Of a stretch of DNA of 64,000 nucleotides, positions 9,991 to 19,683 are shown piece by piece. The notes beneath the pieces were generated by a model. That model ran no database searches. It had not been told where the DNA came from and saw only the letters and a program-made list of their open reading frames with translations. Position 1 is the first letter of the stretch, and each line of letters begins with the position of its first letter. The DNA is from Myxococcota bacterium. GTDB lineage: Bacteria > Myxococcota_A > UBA796 > SXON01. Where the stretch lies: contig JAZKFH010000032.1 in NCBI GenBank assembly GCA_040386535.1, forward strand, positions 64,001 to 128,000, in the 5' to 3' direction. Both the position numbers and the translations under genes were made by a program.

Positions 9991-10625
9991 TCGACGGCGT
10001 CCGGGAGCACGAAGGCAAGATCGTCGCGCGGGTGGAGGAGCGCCGGGTCGCGCTCGCCGCGCGCACGGGTCTCACCGGACGGCCGCTCGCGGACGCGCTC
10101 GCCCGCGACCTCGTCGAAGACGCCGCGCTGCGCACGGCAGCCATTGGCGCGAGCGCGGCGTTGCCGCTCACGCTCCCCGTCCTCGGGATGATCGGCTCGA
10201 CCCTGCTCACCGTCCTCGGGGGCGCCCTATGGCAGGCCGCGGTCGAGGTGGAGCTCTGCTACGCCATCGGCGCGGCGTACCGCACGCGCATGCCGTCCGA
10301 GCGCGTGCGGACCATCGCATTCTGGCTGGTGCGGCTCGCGAACTACGGCGACCTGCAGGAGCGCGCCCTGGCCATGGGGGTGCGCTTCACGGTCCGGAAG
10401 CTCGTGGAGAAGCTCGTGGCCATCGGGCTTGCCCGCGCCGTCGCCGCCACAGCGGGCGGGATGATGATGGGGGGCATGATGGGACGGGCCGTCGTCGGGG
10501 CCCCGGTTCCCTGGTACGTCCGTGCCACCTCCTTCATCGGCGTCCCCGTCCTCGCGGTGATCGGCTGGAGGAGCACGCAAGGGGTGGGAGAGCGGGCCAT
10601 CGCCTACTTCAGCGAGGAGGGGTGA
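9927..10625 (+). CDS. EcsC-like membrane-associated protein with Met-rich patch
   Basis: GGAG RBS then ATG 9927; AALRTAAIGASAALPLTLPVLG, LCYAIGAAY, GGMMMGGMMG, GERAIAYF. Confidence 0.6.
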   Translation: MQADPGSGAQLAEREFPLFRVIDGVREHEGKIVARVEERRVALAARTGLTGRPLADALARDLVEDAALRTAAIGASAALPLTLPVLGMIGSTLLTVLGGALWQAAVEVELCYAIGAAYRTRMPSERVRTIAFWLVRLANYGDLQERALAMGVRFTVRKLVEKLVAIGLARAVAATAGGMMMGGMMGRAVVGAPVPWYVRATSFIGVPVLAVIGWRSTQGVGERAIAYFSEEG

Positions 10626-10734
10626 GGTCTGCGCGTCGGGCCCCTGCCACCGAGCGGCGTGTGCGGCGGCACGACGTTTGCTGGCGGGGTTTCGACTCAC
10701 CGCTCGTGTCCTCCATCGGACGCGGCGAGGAGCG

Positions 10735-11304
10735 TCATCGCCGCGCGGCGACCCCCAGGAGCCAGCGGTCCGCAAGGAGCGTCCGGCGCGCCTGGATCGC
10801 GAAGCCGGCATTCTCCACCGCAGAGAACCACTCCTTCGGGTCGAAGCGGCCTTCCTCCGGGTGGTCCAGGAGGGCCCGCACCGCAGCCATCCGTGTCAGC
10901 TTTCCCGTCGGCTCCTCGAAGTAGAACCGTCCGCGGGGGCGCAGGACTCGCGCGATCTCGCCGATCGCCCTCTGCCACCCGGGCACGTGGTGAAGGATCG
11001 CGAAGTCGAACACCGCATCGAAGCTCGCGTCTGGTTCGGGGATGTGCTCGGCGTCGGCGACGTACGCGCCGGTGCCCGCGAGGCGGACCATGTCGGGGTC
11101 GAGGTCGAACGCTACGATCTCGGCCGCGCCGAACTCCTCGCGGATGATGCGCATGCCTACCCCACGTCCACAGCCGACCTCCAGCGCGCGGGCGCCGTCG
11201 CAGCGTCCCCCGTGACGACGGAGTGCGGCGCCTTCTCCGTAGCGCTGGATGGCCGCCCGGATCGGGTTGTTCATCAGCGCCTTCTCGACGGGGTTGAGCA
11301 GCAT
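10735..11304 (-). CDS. class I SAM-dependent methyltransferase
   Basis: ALEVGCGRG, FDLDPDM, ADAEHIP..DASFDAV, LHHV, ARVLRPRG. Confidence 0.88.
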   Translation of the reverse strand: MLLNPVEKALMNNPIRAAIQRYGEGAALRRHGGRCDGARALEVGCGRGVGMRIIREEFGAAEIVAFDLDPDMVRLAGTGAYVADAEHIPEPDASFDAVFDFAILHHVPGWQRAIGEIARVLRPRGRFYFEEPTGKLTRMAAVRALLDHPEEGRFDPKEWFSAVENAGFAIQARRTLLADRWLLGVAARR

Positions 11305-11342
11305 CTACATCTCGCCCCGCGGGTCAGATTGAGGGCATCTCA

Positions 11343-12041
11343 TCAATAGGGATACGCACCGGTGCCGTACGGCGGGTAGTACTGCCTTCGCCACCAGTTG
11401 GCCTCCCCCCCGAGCAGCACGCCGAGGCTCACCTGATAGAGCGAGTGGCCGGGCCGGAGCTCGACATCAGAGAACGCCGCCCGTGTCTCCAGTACCCCGA
11501 CGAACGGACGCGCAAATGTCACCTCCGGCAGGATGCGAACCCCCCGTGCGATCCGGATTGAGCCGCCGACCGACACCCCTGCGGCGAGCAGGGTCGACCG
11601 CTTTCGGTTTGCCTGAAGGGTGCGCACGTGGGACCACCCCTGAAGCTTGGGCGCGAGCGTCAACTCGTGGGGGCCGAGGCCGAGGCCGACGAGGAGAGGG
11701 AGTTGTACGTGAACGGGCCAGTGTCCCATTGGCACGGTGCTCGCGGATGGCGCGACCGCGACGGCCCACCTGCGTGAGTACGGGTTGGTCAGAGCGAATT
11801 TGCTGGACACTCCGACCCCCGCCGTCCCGAGCCGCAGACCGAGATCCCAGCGGTTGCCGAAGCCGTACCTCGCCGTCAGGTTGGCAACCGGCGCGGCGCC
11901 CGAATCCTTGACGTGCCACATGCCGGGCTCGATGCCTACCTGGAGGGACCCCTTGTCGATCGGCCGTGCGGTCTGGTGAGTGCCAAACGTGGCACAGGCC
12001 GAACACAGCATCCCAACCAACACCAACGCGACCACCCTCAT
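11343..12041 (-). CDS. hypothetical lipoprotein, predicted outer-membrane beta-barrel
   Basis: Signal/lipobox MRVVALVLVGMLCSAC, HQTARP, alternating beta-strand pattern. Confidence 0.65.
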   Translation of the reverse strand: MRVVALVLVGMLCSACATFGTHQTARPIDKGSLQVGIEPGMWHVKDSGAAPVANLTARYGFGNRWDLGLRLGTAGVGVSSKFALTNPYSRRWAVAVAPSASTVPMGHWPVHVQLPLLVGLGLGPHELTLAPKLQGWSHVRTLQANRKRSTLLAAGVSVGGSIRIARGVRILPEVTFARPFVGVLETRAAFSDVELRPGHSLYQVSLGVLLGGEANWWRRQYYPPYGTGAYPY

Positions 12042-12353
12042 TTTGCCACCCCACCGGAGATCATAGCGGTGCGGTCGGGACGGCCTGTGAACGATTGTCG
12101 TCTCCGAACGAGGCTCCGGGCGATGACGGGGATCGAGCAGGACGGCGCCCGCTCGATCGGGAAGACCCATGCTTCGCTCGGTGTCGTCAAGTCCTTCCTA
12201 CCGACGAGCTGTCCTCGGCCTGCCGTCGCGCCTCCCGGACGCGAGAAGGTAGAGGAAGGGTAGCGGGGCGGACAGCCCCCCTACCGTGACGCTGCAAGCA
12301 ACAGTTCCCGGAACGCCGCGGGCGCCTACGTAGGGGGGAATCGGGAGCCACGG

Positions 12354-13787
12354 TTGCTGAGCCTCGTTGACATTGGGCCACGTTCCCTGGAAGCCTACCG
12401 AGGCGTCGCTTCAGACGAGCTCGTGGACGCGGTGCGTGCGGCCGCGATGCCACTTCGAGGCGCGCGCGTGCTGCACCTCAACGCGACCCCGTACGGCGGC
12501 GGGGTCTCCGAGCTGCTCCGCTCGGTCGTCCCGCTGCTCCGGGACCTCGGCCTGGTTGCGCACTGGCGCATCATCAGCGGGGACGAAGCGTTCTTCCGCG
12601 TGACCAAGGCCATGCACAACGGCCTCCAAGGCGCCGTGCCCGACCTCACACCGGACCAGCAGCAGACGTGGTTGGCTACAGCCGAGGCCAACGCGCGGGC
12701 GTTCGAGGAGAGCTACGACTTCGTGTTCGTACACGACCCGCAGCCTGCAGGGCTCCTGTCGCTCCGCGGCGCGCGAGGCGCTCGCTGGATCTGGCGGTGC
12801 CACATCGACACGTCGCATCCCAACCCGTCGATCTGGAGCTTCCTGCGACCCTACCTCGCGGTGTACGACGCGGCGATCTTCACCATGGCCGAGTTCGTGC
12901 CTGCCGGGTTTCCGATCTCCCGAGTCGAGATCGTGCCGCCGGCGATCGACCCCTTGAGCCCGAAGAACCTATCGCTTCCCCGTGCGACCGCGCGCCAGGT
13001 GCTCGACTGGATCGGGGTCAGGACGGATCGACCGCTCGTCACCCAGGTGTCGCGCTTCGACCCGTGGAAGGATCCGCTCGGGGTCATCGCGGCCTACCGC
13101 GCCGCCCGGCGAGAGGTGCCCGATCTCCAGCTCGCCCTGGTGGGCTCCATGGCGTTGGACGACCCCGAGGGCGCGGAGATCTACCGACAGATCCTGGACG
13201 AGACGGGCGGCGACCCCCTCGTGCACGTCTTCACCAACCTCGTGGGCGTGGGGAACATCGAGGTCAACGCCTTCCAGATGCTCTCGGACGTCGTCGTCCA
13301 GAAGTCCATCCGCGAGGGCTTCGGGCTCGTCGTGTCGGAGGCCCTCTGGAAGGGCACCCCCGTTGTCGCCGGACGCGCCGGGGGCATCCCGCTCCAGATG
13401 GCGGACGGCGTCGGCGGGGTGCTGGTCGACAGCGTGGATGCGTGCGCCGAGGCGATGGTGGCACTCCTCCGCGACCCCGAGCGGGCACGTGCGTTGGGCG
13501 TGGCCGGGCGGGAGCGGGTCCGCGAGCACTTCCTGACGCCCCGGCTGGTGCTGAACGACCTGCGGCTGATGCAGGCCCTCCACGACAAACAGCCGATCGT
13601 GCGGCCCCCCGACTGGGACGCGCACCGGGATCCCGTGTGCGGCATGGTGCTGGAAGGGGCGCCGGTCGTCACCCTCGTCGACACCGGTCGGACATGGGAG
13701 TTCTGCTCCCAACGCTGTCGCGCGGCGTTCGCTGATGACCCCGAGCCGTATCGGGGACAGGCTCGGTTGGGGCTCGCACCCGCCTGA
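12354..13787 (+). CDS. treT: TreT-like GT4 trehalose synthase with C-terminal YHS domain
   Basis: [51 protein letters not shown]-terminal DPVCGM...FCSQRC..F..DPEPY. Confidence 0.85.
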   Translation: MLSLVDIGPRSLEAYRGVASDELVDAVRAAAMPLRGARVLHLNATPYGGGVSELLRSVVPLLRDLGLVAHWRIISGDEAFFRVTKAMHNGLQGAVPDLTPDQQQTWLATAEANARAFEESYDFVFVHDPQPAGLLSLRGARGARWIWRCHIDTSHPNPSIWSFLRPYLAVYDAAIFTMAEFVPAGFPISRVEIVPPAIDPLSPKNLSLPRATARQVLDWIGVRTDRPLVTQVSRFDPWKDPLGVIAAYRAARREVPDLQLALVGSMALDDPEGAEIYRQILDETGGDPLVHVFTNLVGVGNIEVNAFQMLSDVVVQKSIREGFGLVVSEALWKGTPVVAGRAGGIPLQMADGVGGVLVDSVDACAEAMVALLRDPERARALGVAGRERVREHFLTPRLVLNDLRLMQALHDKQPIVRPPDWDAHRDPVCGMVLEGAPVVTLVDTGRTWEFCSQRCRAAFADDPEPYRGQARLGLAPA

Positions 13788-13817
13788 CCGCGTGGTCGAA
13801 TGGCGCGTCGCGTCCAC

Positions 13818-13836
13818 TGTGACCATGAAGGCCACA
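13818..13836. promoter_or_regulatory. palindromic TGTGAC-N7-GTCACA-type site (copy 1)
   Basis: TGTGAC-CATGAAG-GCCACA upstream of cusC; five such sites found. Confidence 0.6.
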
Positions 13837-13944
13837 GTGAAACCCGCGGAGTCGCTGGGTTGACCCGCCCAAATGCGTGTGCAAAAGCGCACAGCCGCCG
13901 TGCGACGACGGCCATGAACCCCGTTCATTCCTCGTTTTCGAGGA

Positions 13945-13959
13945 TGGCATACTGCTTGC
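13945..13959 (+). promoter_or_regulatory. sigma54-type -24/-12 promoter for cusCBA
   Basis: TGGCAT-ACTGC-TTGC just upstream of ATG 13973. Confidence 0.65.
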
Positions 13960-13972
13960 CAGGAACCGATCC

Positions 13973-15397
13973 ATGGTGCTGCTCGCCCTCGTCACCCTCG
14001 CCCTCGCGGAGGCCCCCGCTGACCTCAAGGGGCTTGTCGGCCTCGCACTGGAACGCGATCCGGAGGCGGCCGCCGCCGACCTGGACGCCCGCGCGGCCAC
14101 AGAAGACGCGAGGGCCGCCGGTCGCCCGATGAACCCCATGTTGATGGTGGGCGGCGACTCGCTCGGCGCGATGCCCGAGGATCTGGACCCGACGATGTAC
14201 ATGGTCGGCGTCGAGCAAATGCTGCGAGGGTGGGGAGAGGCCCGCGCTTCGGCGGATCGCGCCCGTGTGGACGTGACGCGCGCCGAGGCCGACCGCGCCC
14301 GCGTCGCCGCCGACCTGCGCCTCCGGCTTGCCCAGGCGGCCGCGCGGATTCGTGCATTCCAGGCGGAGCGCAGGTTGTTGGACGAGCAGATCCGCGCGGC
14401 GGAGACCCTCTGGCAGGCCGGCGTGCGGCGCTGGGGCGCGGGTGCGGGACGCCCGGGGATGGGCGGCATGGGCGGGTCCGAAATGGACGAAGGCATGGAG
14501 GCCGGTCCCTCCTCCACACCTCCGGCGGTGAAAGGCGGCGGCGGCGGCGGCGGCGGCATGGGGATGCCCGGCATGGGAGGCGGAGCGGGGGGCGGTGGCC
14601 GCGCCCAGGCGCCGGCGGGCGGAATGGAGGGCAACACAGGGATGGGCGGCGGCGGGACCGGCGGCATGGACCCGGGCGCTGGCGGCATGCGGGGAGGGTC
14701 CACCCTGCCCGATCTGTTGCGGGTGGAGGCCGAGGTGGCGCGCCTCCGCGCGGATCGGGCGGCGCTCGATGCGCGCCTCGCCGGGGAGACCGCGGTCCTC
14801 ACCCGCTTCGTCGGCGACGAGGCGGCGGCCGCCGTGCACGCGGTACCCGCGGCCTACCTGGAGGAGCCGTCCTCCACGCCCAGCCGGCCGCCCGAGATCG
14901 ATCTCGCCGCCGCCGACCGAGCCGCGGCCGAGGCGGATCTCCGCGTCGCGCGGAGCCGGATCGCGCCCGATGTGGAGCTGGGTGCCAGCGTCGGCATCAT
15001 GCCCGACGGGATGGTGCAGGGCGTGAACGTGATGGTGGGAGTGGAGGTGCCGCTCTGGGGCGCGAACGCTCGCTCGCGGGACGCCGCCTCGGCGCGCGTC
15101 GAGGCCGCCACCCGGCGCGCAGACGCCATCGATCGCGACCTCGCCGCGGCGACGGACGCCGCGCGGGCGGCCGAGGCGGCGGCGACCGCGCGATCCGGGG
15201 TGCTTCGGGAGGTGGCGGTGCCCCGCGCGGAGTCGGCATGGAAGGCCGCGCTCGCGAGGTACGCCGCGGGACAGACCGGTGTGGAGGAGGCCCTCCGCGC
15301 CTGGGAGGGGCTCCTGGCCGCGCAGCGCGACCTGGTGGCAGCCGAGCGGGACGAGGCCTTGCGTGCGGCCGAACGTGTGCGCGTGGAGGTTCGATGA
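13973..15397 (+). CDS. TolC/CusC-family outer membrane efflux protein with Gly/Met-rich insert
   Basis: Signal peptide, OMF helical repeats, GVEVPLWG; first gene of the RND operon. Confidence 0.85.
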   Translation: MVLLALVTLALAEAPADLKGLVGLALERDPEAAAADLDARAATEDARAAGRPMNPMLMVGGDSLGAMPEDLDPTMYMVGVEQMLRGWGEARASADRARVDVTRAEADRARVAADLRLRLAQAAARIRAFQAERRLLDEQIRAAETLWQAGVRRWGAGAGRPGMGGMGGSEMDEGMEAGPSSTPPAVKGGGGGGGGMGMPGMGGGAGGGGRAQAPAGGMEGNTGMGGGGTGGMDPGAGGMRGGSTLPDLLRVEAEVARLRADRAALDARLAGETAVLTRFVGDEAAAAVHAVPAAYLEEPSSTPSRPPEIDLAAADRAAAEADLRVARSRIAPDVELGASVGIMPDGMVQGVNVMVGVEVPLWGANARSRDAASARVEAATRRADAIDRDLAAATDAARAAEAAATARSGVLREVAVPRAESAWKAALARYAAGQTGVEEALRAWEGLLAAQRDLVAAERDEALRAAERVRVEVR

Positions 15398-16548
15398 AGT
15401 CTCTCTCTTTGGTGGGCCTGCTGCTGGTTGCCGCGTGCGGACGGAACGATCCGCGCGCGGGGCGCGAGGAGCCCGGCACTGCGCCCCCAACGGCCGGGGC
15501 CGATCCACACGCAGGGCACGCGGCACCCGCAGCTCCCGCCACCGACGGACACGCGGGGATGCCCGGCATGGATACCCCTTCCGAACCGGGAGCCGCCACG
15601 GGCGACGCGGGCATGGTCATGCCAGTGACCGTCAGCCCCGAAGCCGCCGCCGCGATCGGCGTCCGCACGGTCCCCGCCCGCGCCGGTGCAGCCGCGACGC
15701 GGCACCGCGCCCCCGCCTCCGCCACCTTCGACCCCTCGCGCACCCGCCGCGTCACCGTCACCGCGGGCGGCCAGATCCGAGAGGAGCGCGTCCCCCGCGT
15801 CGGGGAGGCCGTCCGTGCGGGCCAGGTGCTCGCCCGGATCTGGCTTCCGGAGGTGCGCGCGGCCTTCGAGGAGCAGAAGGTCGCCCGTCCGCTCGGCGAG
15901 CCGTGGGCCAGCGCAGCTCGCTCCCGCCTGCTTGCGTTGGGCGTGCCCGCCGCGGACATCGATGCCGCGGGCGACACCGTGCCCGACACGTGGACCGTGC
16001 GCGCGCCGGTGTCCGGCATCATCGTCTCCCGACCCGCTCGGGAGGGCGGCTGGCTCGGCGCGGGCGGGCTCGTCGCCGAGATCGCCTCGACCGACGCGCG
16101 CGTGGTGGAGATGGTCACCGTCGTCCCTCCTCCCGTCGGCACACATGTGACGCTCACGGACGGGGCGAGCACCTGGGAGGCCACCGTCTTCGAGATCCTC
16201 CCCACCGCGGGGCCGGCCGGGCGCAGCGTCCGTCTCCTCCCCCAGCGACTCTCCGGAGGCGACATCGGCGTGGGTCGTCCGCTGACCGCAACCTGGAACG
16301 GAGGCGAAACCGAGGGCGTCTGGGTGCCTCGAGGCGCTGTGGTCGACACGGGGACCCGGCAGCTCGTCTTCGTCGCTGGGGCGGACGGCTACACACCGCG
16401 TCCAGTCTCGCTCGGCGTGCGGACCGCAGACGAGGTCCAGGTGACCGTGGGCCTCGCTCCCGGCGAGGAGGTCGTGGCGGCGGGCACGTTCCTGTTCGAC
16501 TCCGAAACCCAGATGCAGGGCAGCGGGCACGCCGGGCACGGCGGCTGA
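15394..16548 (+). CDS. cusB: CusB-type RND periplasmic adaptor (lipoprotein)
   Basis: ATGA overlap; lipobox VAAC; HAGH/HAGM; RAPVSG; VPRGAVVDTG; GTFLFDSE. Confidence 0.88.
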   Translation: MKSLSLVGLLLVAACGRNDPRAGREEPGTAPPTAGADPHAGHAAPAAPATDGHAGMPGMDTPSEPGAATGDAGMVMPVTVSPEAAAAIGVRTVPARAGAAATRHRAPASATFDPSRTRRVTVTAGGQIREERVPRVGEAVRAGQVLARIWLPEVRAAFEEQKVARPLGEPWASAARSRLLALGVPAADIDAAGDTVPDTWTVRAPVSGIIVSRPAREGGWLGAGGLVAEIASTDARVVEMVTVVPPPVGTHVTLTDGASTWEATVFEILPTAGPAGRSVRLLPQRLSGGDIGVGRPLTATWNGGETEGVWVPRGAVVDTGTRQLVFVAGADGYTPRPVSLGVRTADEVQVTVGLAPGEEVVAAGTFLFDSETQMQGSGHAGHGG

Positions 16549-19500
16549 ATGCTTGCACGCATCATCGACTGGAGCGGCCGGAACCGCTTCCTCGTGATCC
16601 TCGCCTCGCTCCTCGCGACCGCCGCCGGACTCCTGGCCGCGCTCCGGAGCCCGATCGACGCCATCCCCGACCTGTCCGATCCGCAGGTCATCGTCTTCTC
16701 CGAGTGGATGGGCCGCTCGCCGCAGCTCGTCGAGGACCAGGTCACCTACCCGCTCGTCACGGGGCTCCAGGCGCTCCCCGGCGTCAAGGCGGTCCGTGGC
16801 TTCACGATGTTCGGAATGTCGTTCACCTACGTGCTGCTCGAGGAGGGCGTGGATCCCTACTGGGCGCGGACGCGCGTGAGCGAGCGGCTGGATGTGCTGA
16901 AGCCCCGCCTTCCGCCTGACGTGGAGGTCTCCCTCGGGCCCGACGCCTCCGCCGTGGGCTGGGTGTACCAGTACGTCCTAGTGGACCGGACGGGGAAGCT
17001 CTCCGTGGCGGACCTGCGCACGCTCCAGGACTGGACCCTCCGCTTCGCGCTGGAGGGCGTCGACGGCGTCGCTGAGGTCGCGACGCTGGGCGGCTTCGAG
17101 AAGCAGTACCAGGCGGTCCTCGACCCCGAGCGCATGCGGGCCGCGGGCATCACCACGAGCGACGTCACCTCGGCGCTCGCACGGAACAACCGCGACGTCG
17201 GCGGCCGCGTGATCGAGGAGGCCGGCCGCGAGTTCTACGTGCAGGGACGAGGCCTCGTCGGGGACCTCGCCGACCTCGACCGCGTCCACGTCGGGCTGGA
17301 CCCACGGGGCACCCCCGTCGCGCTCGGCAGCGTCGCCAGCGTGGAGATCGGGCCCGACATCCGCCGGGGGATCGCGGACCTCGACGGCAAGGGCGAGGCT
17401 GTCGGCGGGCTGGTCGTCGCGCGGCAGGGGGAGAACGCGCTCGCCGTCATCGACGCGGTCAAGGCGCGCCTCGCAGAGGTTCCGCTCCCCGACGGCGTGG
17501 AGATCGTCCCCGTCTACGACCGCTCCGACCTCATCCGGGGCTCCGTCGCGACGCTGTTCGAGTCCATCGGCGAGGAGATCCTGATCATCGCCCTCCTCCT
17601 CGGCGTCTTCCTCCTCCACGCACGCTCGGTGCTCGTCCCGATCCTCGTCCTCCCGTGTGCCATCGCCGTCGCGTTCATCCCCATGTACTTCATGGGGTTG
17701 ACCATCAACATCATGTCGCTCGCGGGCATCATCATCGCGATCGGGGACATGGTCGACGCGGTCGTGCTCCTCGTCGAGAACGCGGCCAGGCGCATCGAAG
17801 ATCACCCGGAGGAGGACCGCACCGAGGTCGTCCTCGCGGCCGCCAAGGAGCTCGGCGGGCCGCTCGTGTCCTCGCTCCTCCTCATCGCGGTCAGCTTCCT
17901 GCCCATCTTCGCGCTGGAAGCGCAGGAGGGGCGGCTGTTCACGCCGCTCGCGTGGACCAAGACCTTCGCCATGCTCGCCGCGGCGCTGTTCACGCTCACG
18001 CTCGCCCCGGCCCTCGCCGTGACGCTTCTTCGCGGCAAGATGCCGCGCGAGGCCGCCAACCCCGTGAACCGCGCGCTGCGGGCGCTCTACCGGCCGATCG
18101 TCGGCCTCGCGACCCGCCACCCCTGGCCCTTCATCGCGATCGCCGGGATCGCGACCGCGATCACTGTGCCGGTCTACAACGGGCTCGGCCGCGAATTCAT
18201 GCCGCCGCTCTACGAGGGCTCGCTCCTCTACATGCCGATCACCGTGCCCGGCATCTCCGCGGAGCAGGCCCGCACGCTCTTGCAGGCCCAGGATGCCTTC
18301 CTCGTGAGCATCCCGGAGGTCGCGCGCGTCATCGGCAAGGCGGGCCGCGCGGAGACCGCCACCGACCCGGCGCCGCTGTCGATGTTCGAGACGATCATCA
18401 CGCTGAAGCCGCGCGAGGACTGGCGCCCCGGCGTCACCGTGGACGACATCATCGCCGAGATGGAGGCCGGGTTGGAGTACCCCGGCGTCCAGAACGCCTT
18501 CACCATGCCGATCAAGGCGCGCGTTGACATGCTCACGACGGGCATCCGCACGCCCGTCGGCGTGAAGGTGCTGGGCGACGATCTGCAGACCATCAACGAC
18601 GCCGGCGAGCGCATCGAGGCCGCCCTCCGCGAGGTGCCGGGTACGAGGAGCGTCTACGCCGAGCGCCAGCTTGCGGCGGTGTTCGTGGAGGTCGTGCCGC
18701 GTCGTGACGACGTGCTCCGCTACGGCGCCGCCACCGACGACGTGCTCGACGTGGTCGAGATGGGCCTCGGCGGCATGCCGGTGGGCCGCATCTTCGACGG
18801 ACGGGAGCGCTACTCCCTCATCGCGCGCTTCGGCCGCGACTTCCGGGCCGACGAGGAGGGCATCCGCAGCCTCCCCGTCGCCACGGCCCTCGGCGTGGTC
18901 CCGCTCGGCGCGCTCGCCGACGTGAACCGGGTCCCCGGTCCCGCGATGCTCGTCGACGAAGGCGGGCGGCTCGCGGGGTACATCTACGTCGACCCCGGTC
19001 AGCGCGACCTCGGCGGCTACGTGGACGAGGCCCGCAAGGTGGTCGAGAGCCTCGGGCTCGACCCCTCGCTCCAGATCCAGTGGACCGGCCAGTACGAGTT
19101 CCTCGAGCGCGCCCAGGAGCGCCTCGCGATCATGGCGCCCATCACGATCGTGCTCGTGTTCCTGCTGGTCTACCTCTCCTTCCGGACGATCGGAGAGACG
19201 AGCATCGTGCTCCTGACGCTGCCCTTCTCCGTGCTCGGCAGCATCTGGTTCCTGGCGGCGGCCGACTACGACCTCTCAATCGCTTCCTGGGTCGCGATGA
19301 TCGCGCTCATCGGCGTGGGCGCGGAGGTGGGGATGGTCCTCGCCGTATACCTCGACCTCGGGGTGAAGCGGGCCTTGGAGAAGGGAGAGGTGCTCACCCC
19401 CGCGCGGCTCGCCGAGGTGGCCGCGGACAGCGCCGCCGGTCGCATGCGCGGCATGGTGCTTGCGATCGCGATGAACCTCTTCGGGCTTCTCCCCGTCCTG

Positions 19501-19683
19501 TTCAGCCAGGGCGTCGGCTCCGACATGGCCCGCCGCATGGCCGGGCCGATGTTCGGCGGCCTCGTCACCCTCACGTTCATGACCGCGCTGGTGCTCCCTG
19601 CGATGTGGGTGCTCTGGCGCACGCGGCAGCTCAAGAAAGGCACGCTCGCGGCCTCGTTGGCGGTGTCGAAGGCGCAAGAATGA
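16549..19683 (+). CDS. cusA: CusA-type heavy-metal RND permease
   Basis: DAIPDLSDPQVIV, VEDQVTYP, GWVYQY; Met triad LLYMP / PLSMFET / RVDML. Confidence 0.95.
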   Translation: MLARIIDWSGRNRFLVILASLLATAAGLLAALRSPIDAIPDLSDPQVIVFSEWMGRSPQLVEDQVTYPLVTGLQALPGVKAVRGFTMFGMSFTYVLLEEGVDPYWARTRVSERLDVLKPRLPPDVEVSLGPDASAVGWVYQYVLVDRTGKLSVADLRTLQDWTLRFALEGVDGVAEVATLGGFEKQYQAVLDPERMRAAGITTSDVTSALARNNRDVGGRVIEEAGREFYVQGRGLVGDLADLDRVHVGLDPRGTPVALGSVASVEIGPDIRRGIADLDGKGEAVGGLVVARQGENALAVIDAVKARLAEVPLPDGVEIVPVYDRSDLIRGSVATLFESIGEEILIIALLLGVFLLHARSVLVPILVLPCAIAVAFIPMYFMGLTINIMSLAGIIIAIGDMVDAVVLLVENAARRIEDHPEEDRTEVVLAAAKELGGPLVSSLLLIAVSFLPIFALEAQEGRLFTPLAWTKTFAMLAAALFTLTLAPALAVTLLRGKMPREAANPVNRALRALYRPIVGLATRHPWPFIAIAGIATAITVPVYNGLGREFMPPLYEGSLLYMPITVPGISAEQARTLLQAQDAFLVSIPEVARVIGKAGRAETATDPAPLSMFETIITLKPREDWRPGVTVDDIIAEMEAGLEYPGVQNAFTMPIKARVDMLTTGIRTPVGVKVLGDDLQTINDAGERIEAALREVPGTRSVYAERQLAAVFVEVVPRRDDVLRYGAATDDVLDVVEMGLGGMPVGRIFDGRERYSLIARFGRDFRADEEGIRSLPVATALGVVPLGALADVNRVPGPAMLVDEGGRLAGYIYVDPGQRDLGGYVDEARKVVESLGLDPSLQIQWTGQYEFLERAQERLAIMAPITIVLVFLLVYLSFRTIGETSIVLLTLPFSVLGSIWFLAAADYDLSIASWVAMIALIGVGAEVGMVLAVYLDLGVKRALEKGEVLTPARLAEVAADSAAGRMRGMVLAIAMNLFGLLPVLFSQGVGSDMARRMAGPMFGGLVTLTFMTALVLPAMWVLWRTRQLKKGTLAASLAVSKAQE

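Noticed and set aside
14533..14558. (GGC)n microsatellite as a phase-variation tract
   Set aside because: In-frame poly-Gly within the CusC insert; triplet slippage would not switch frame.
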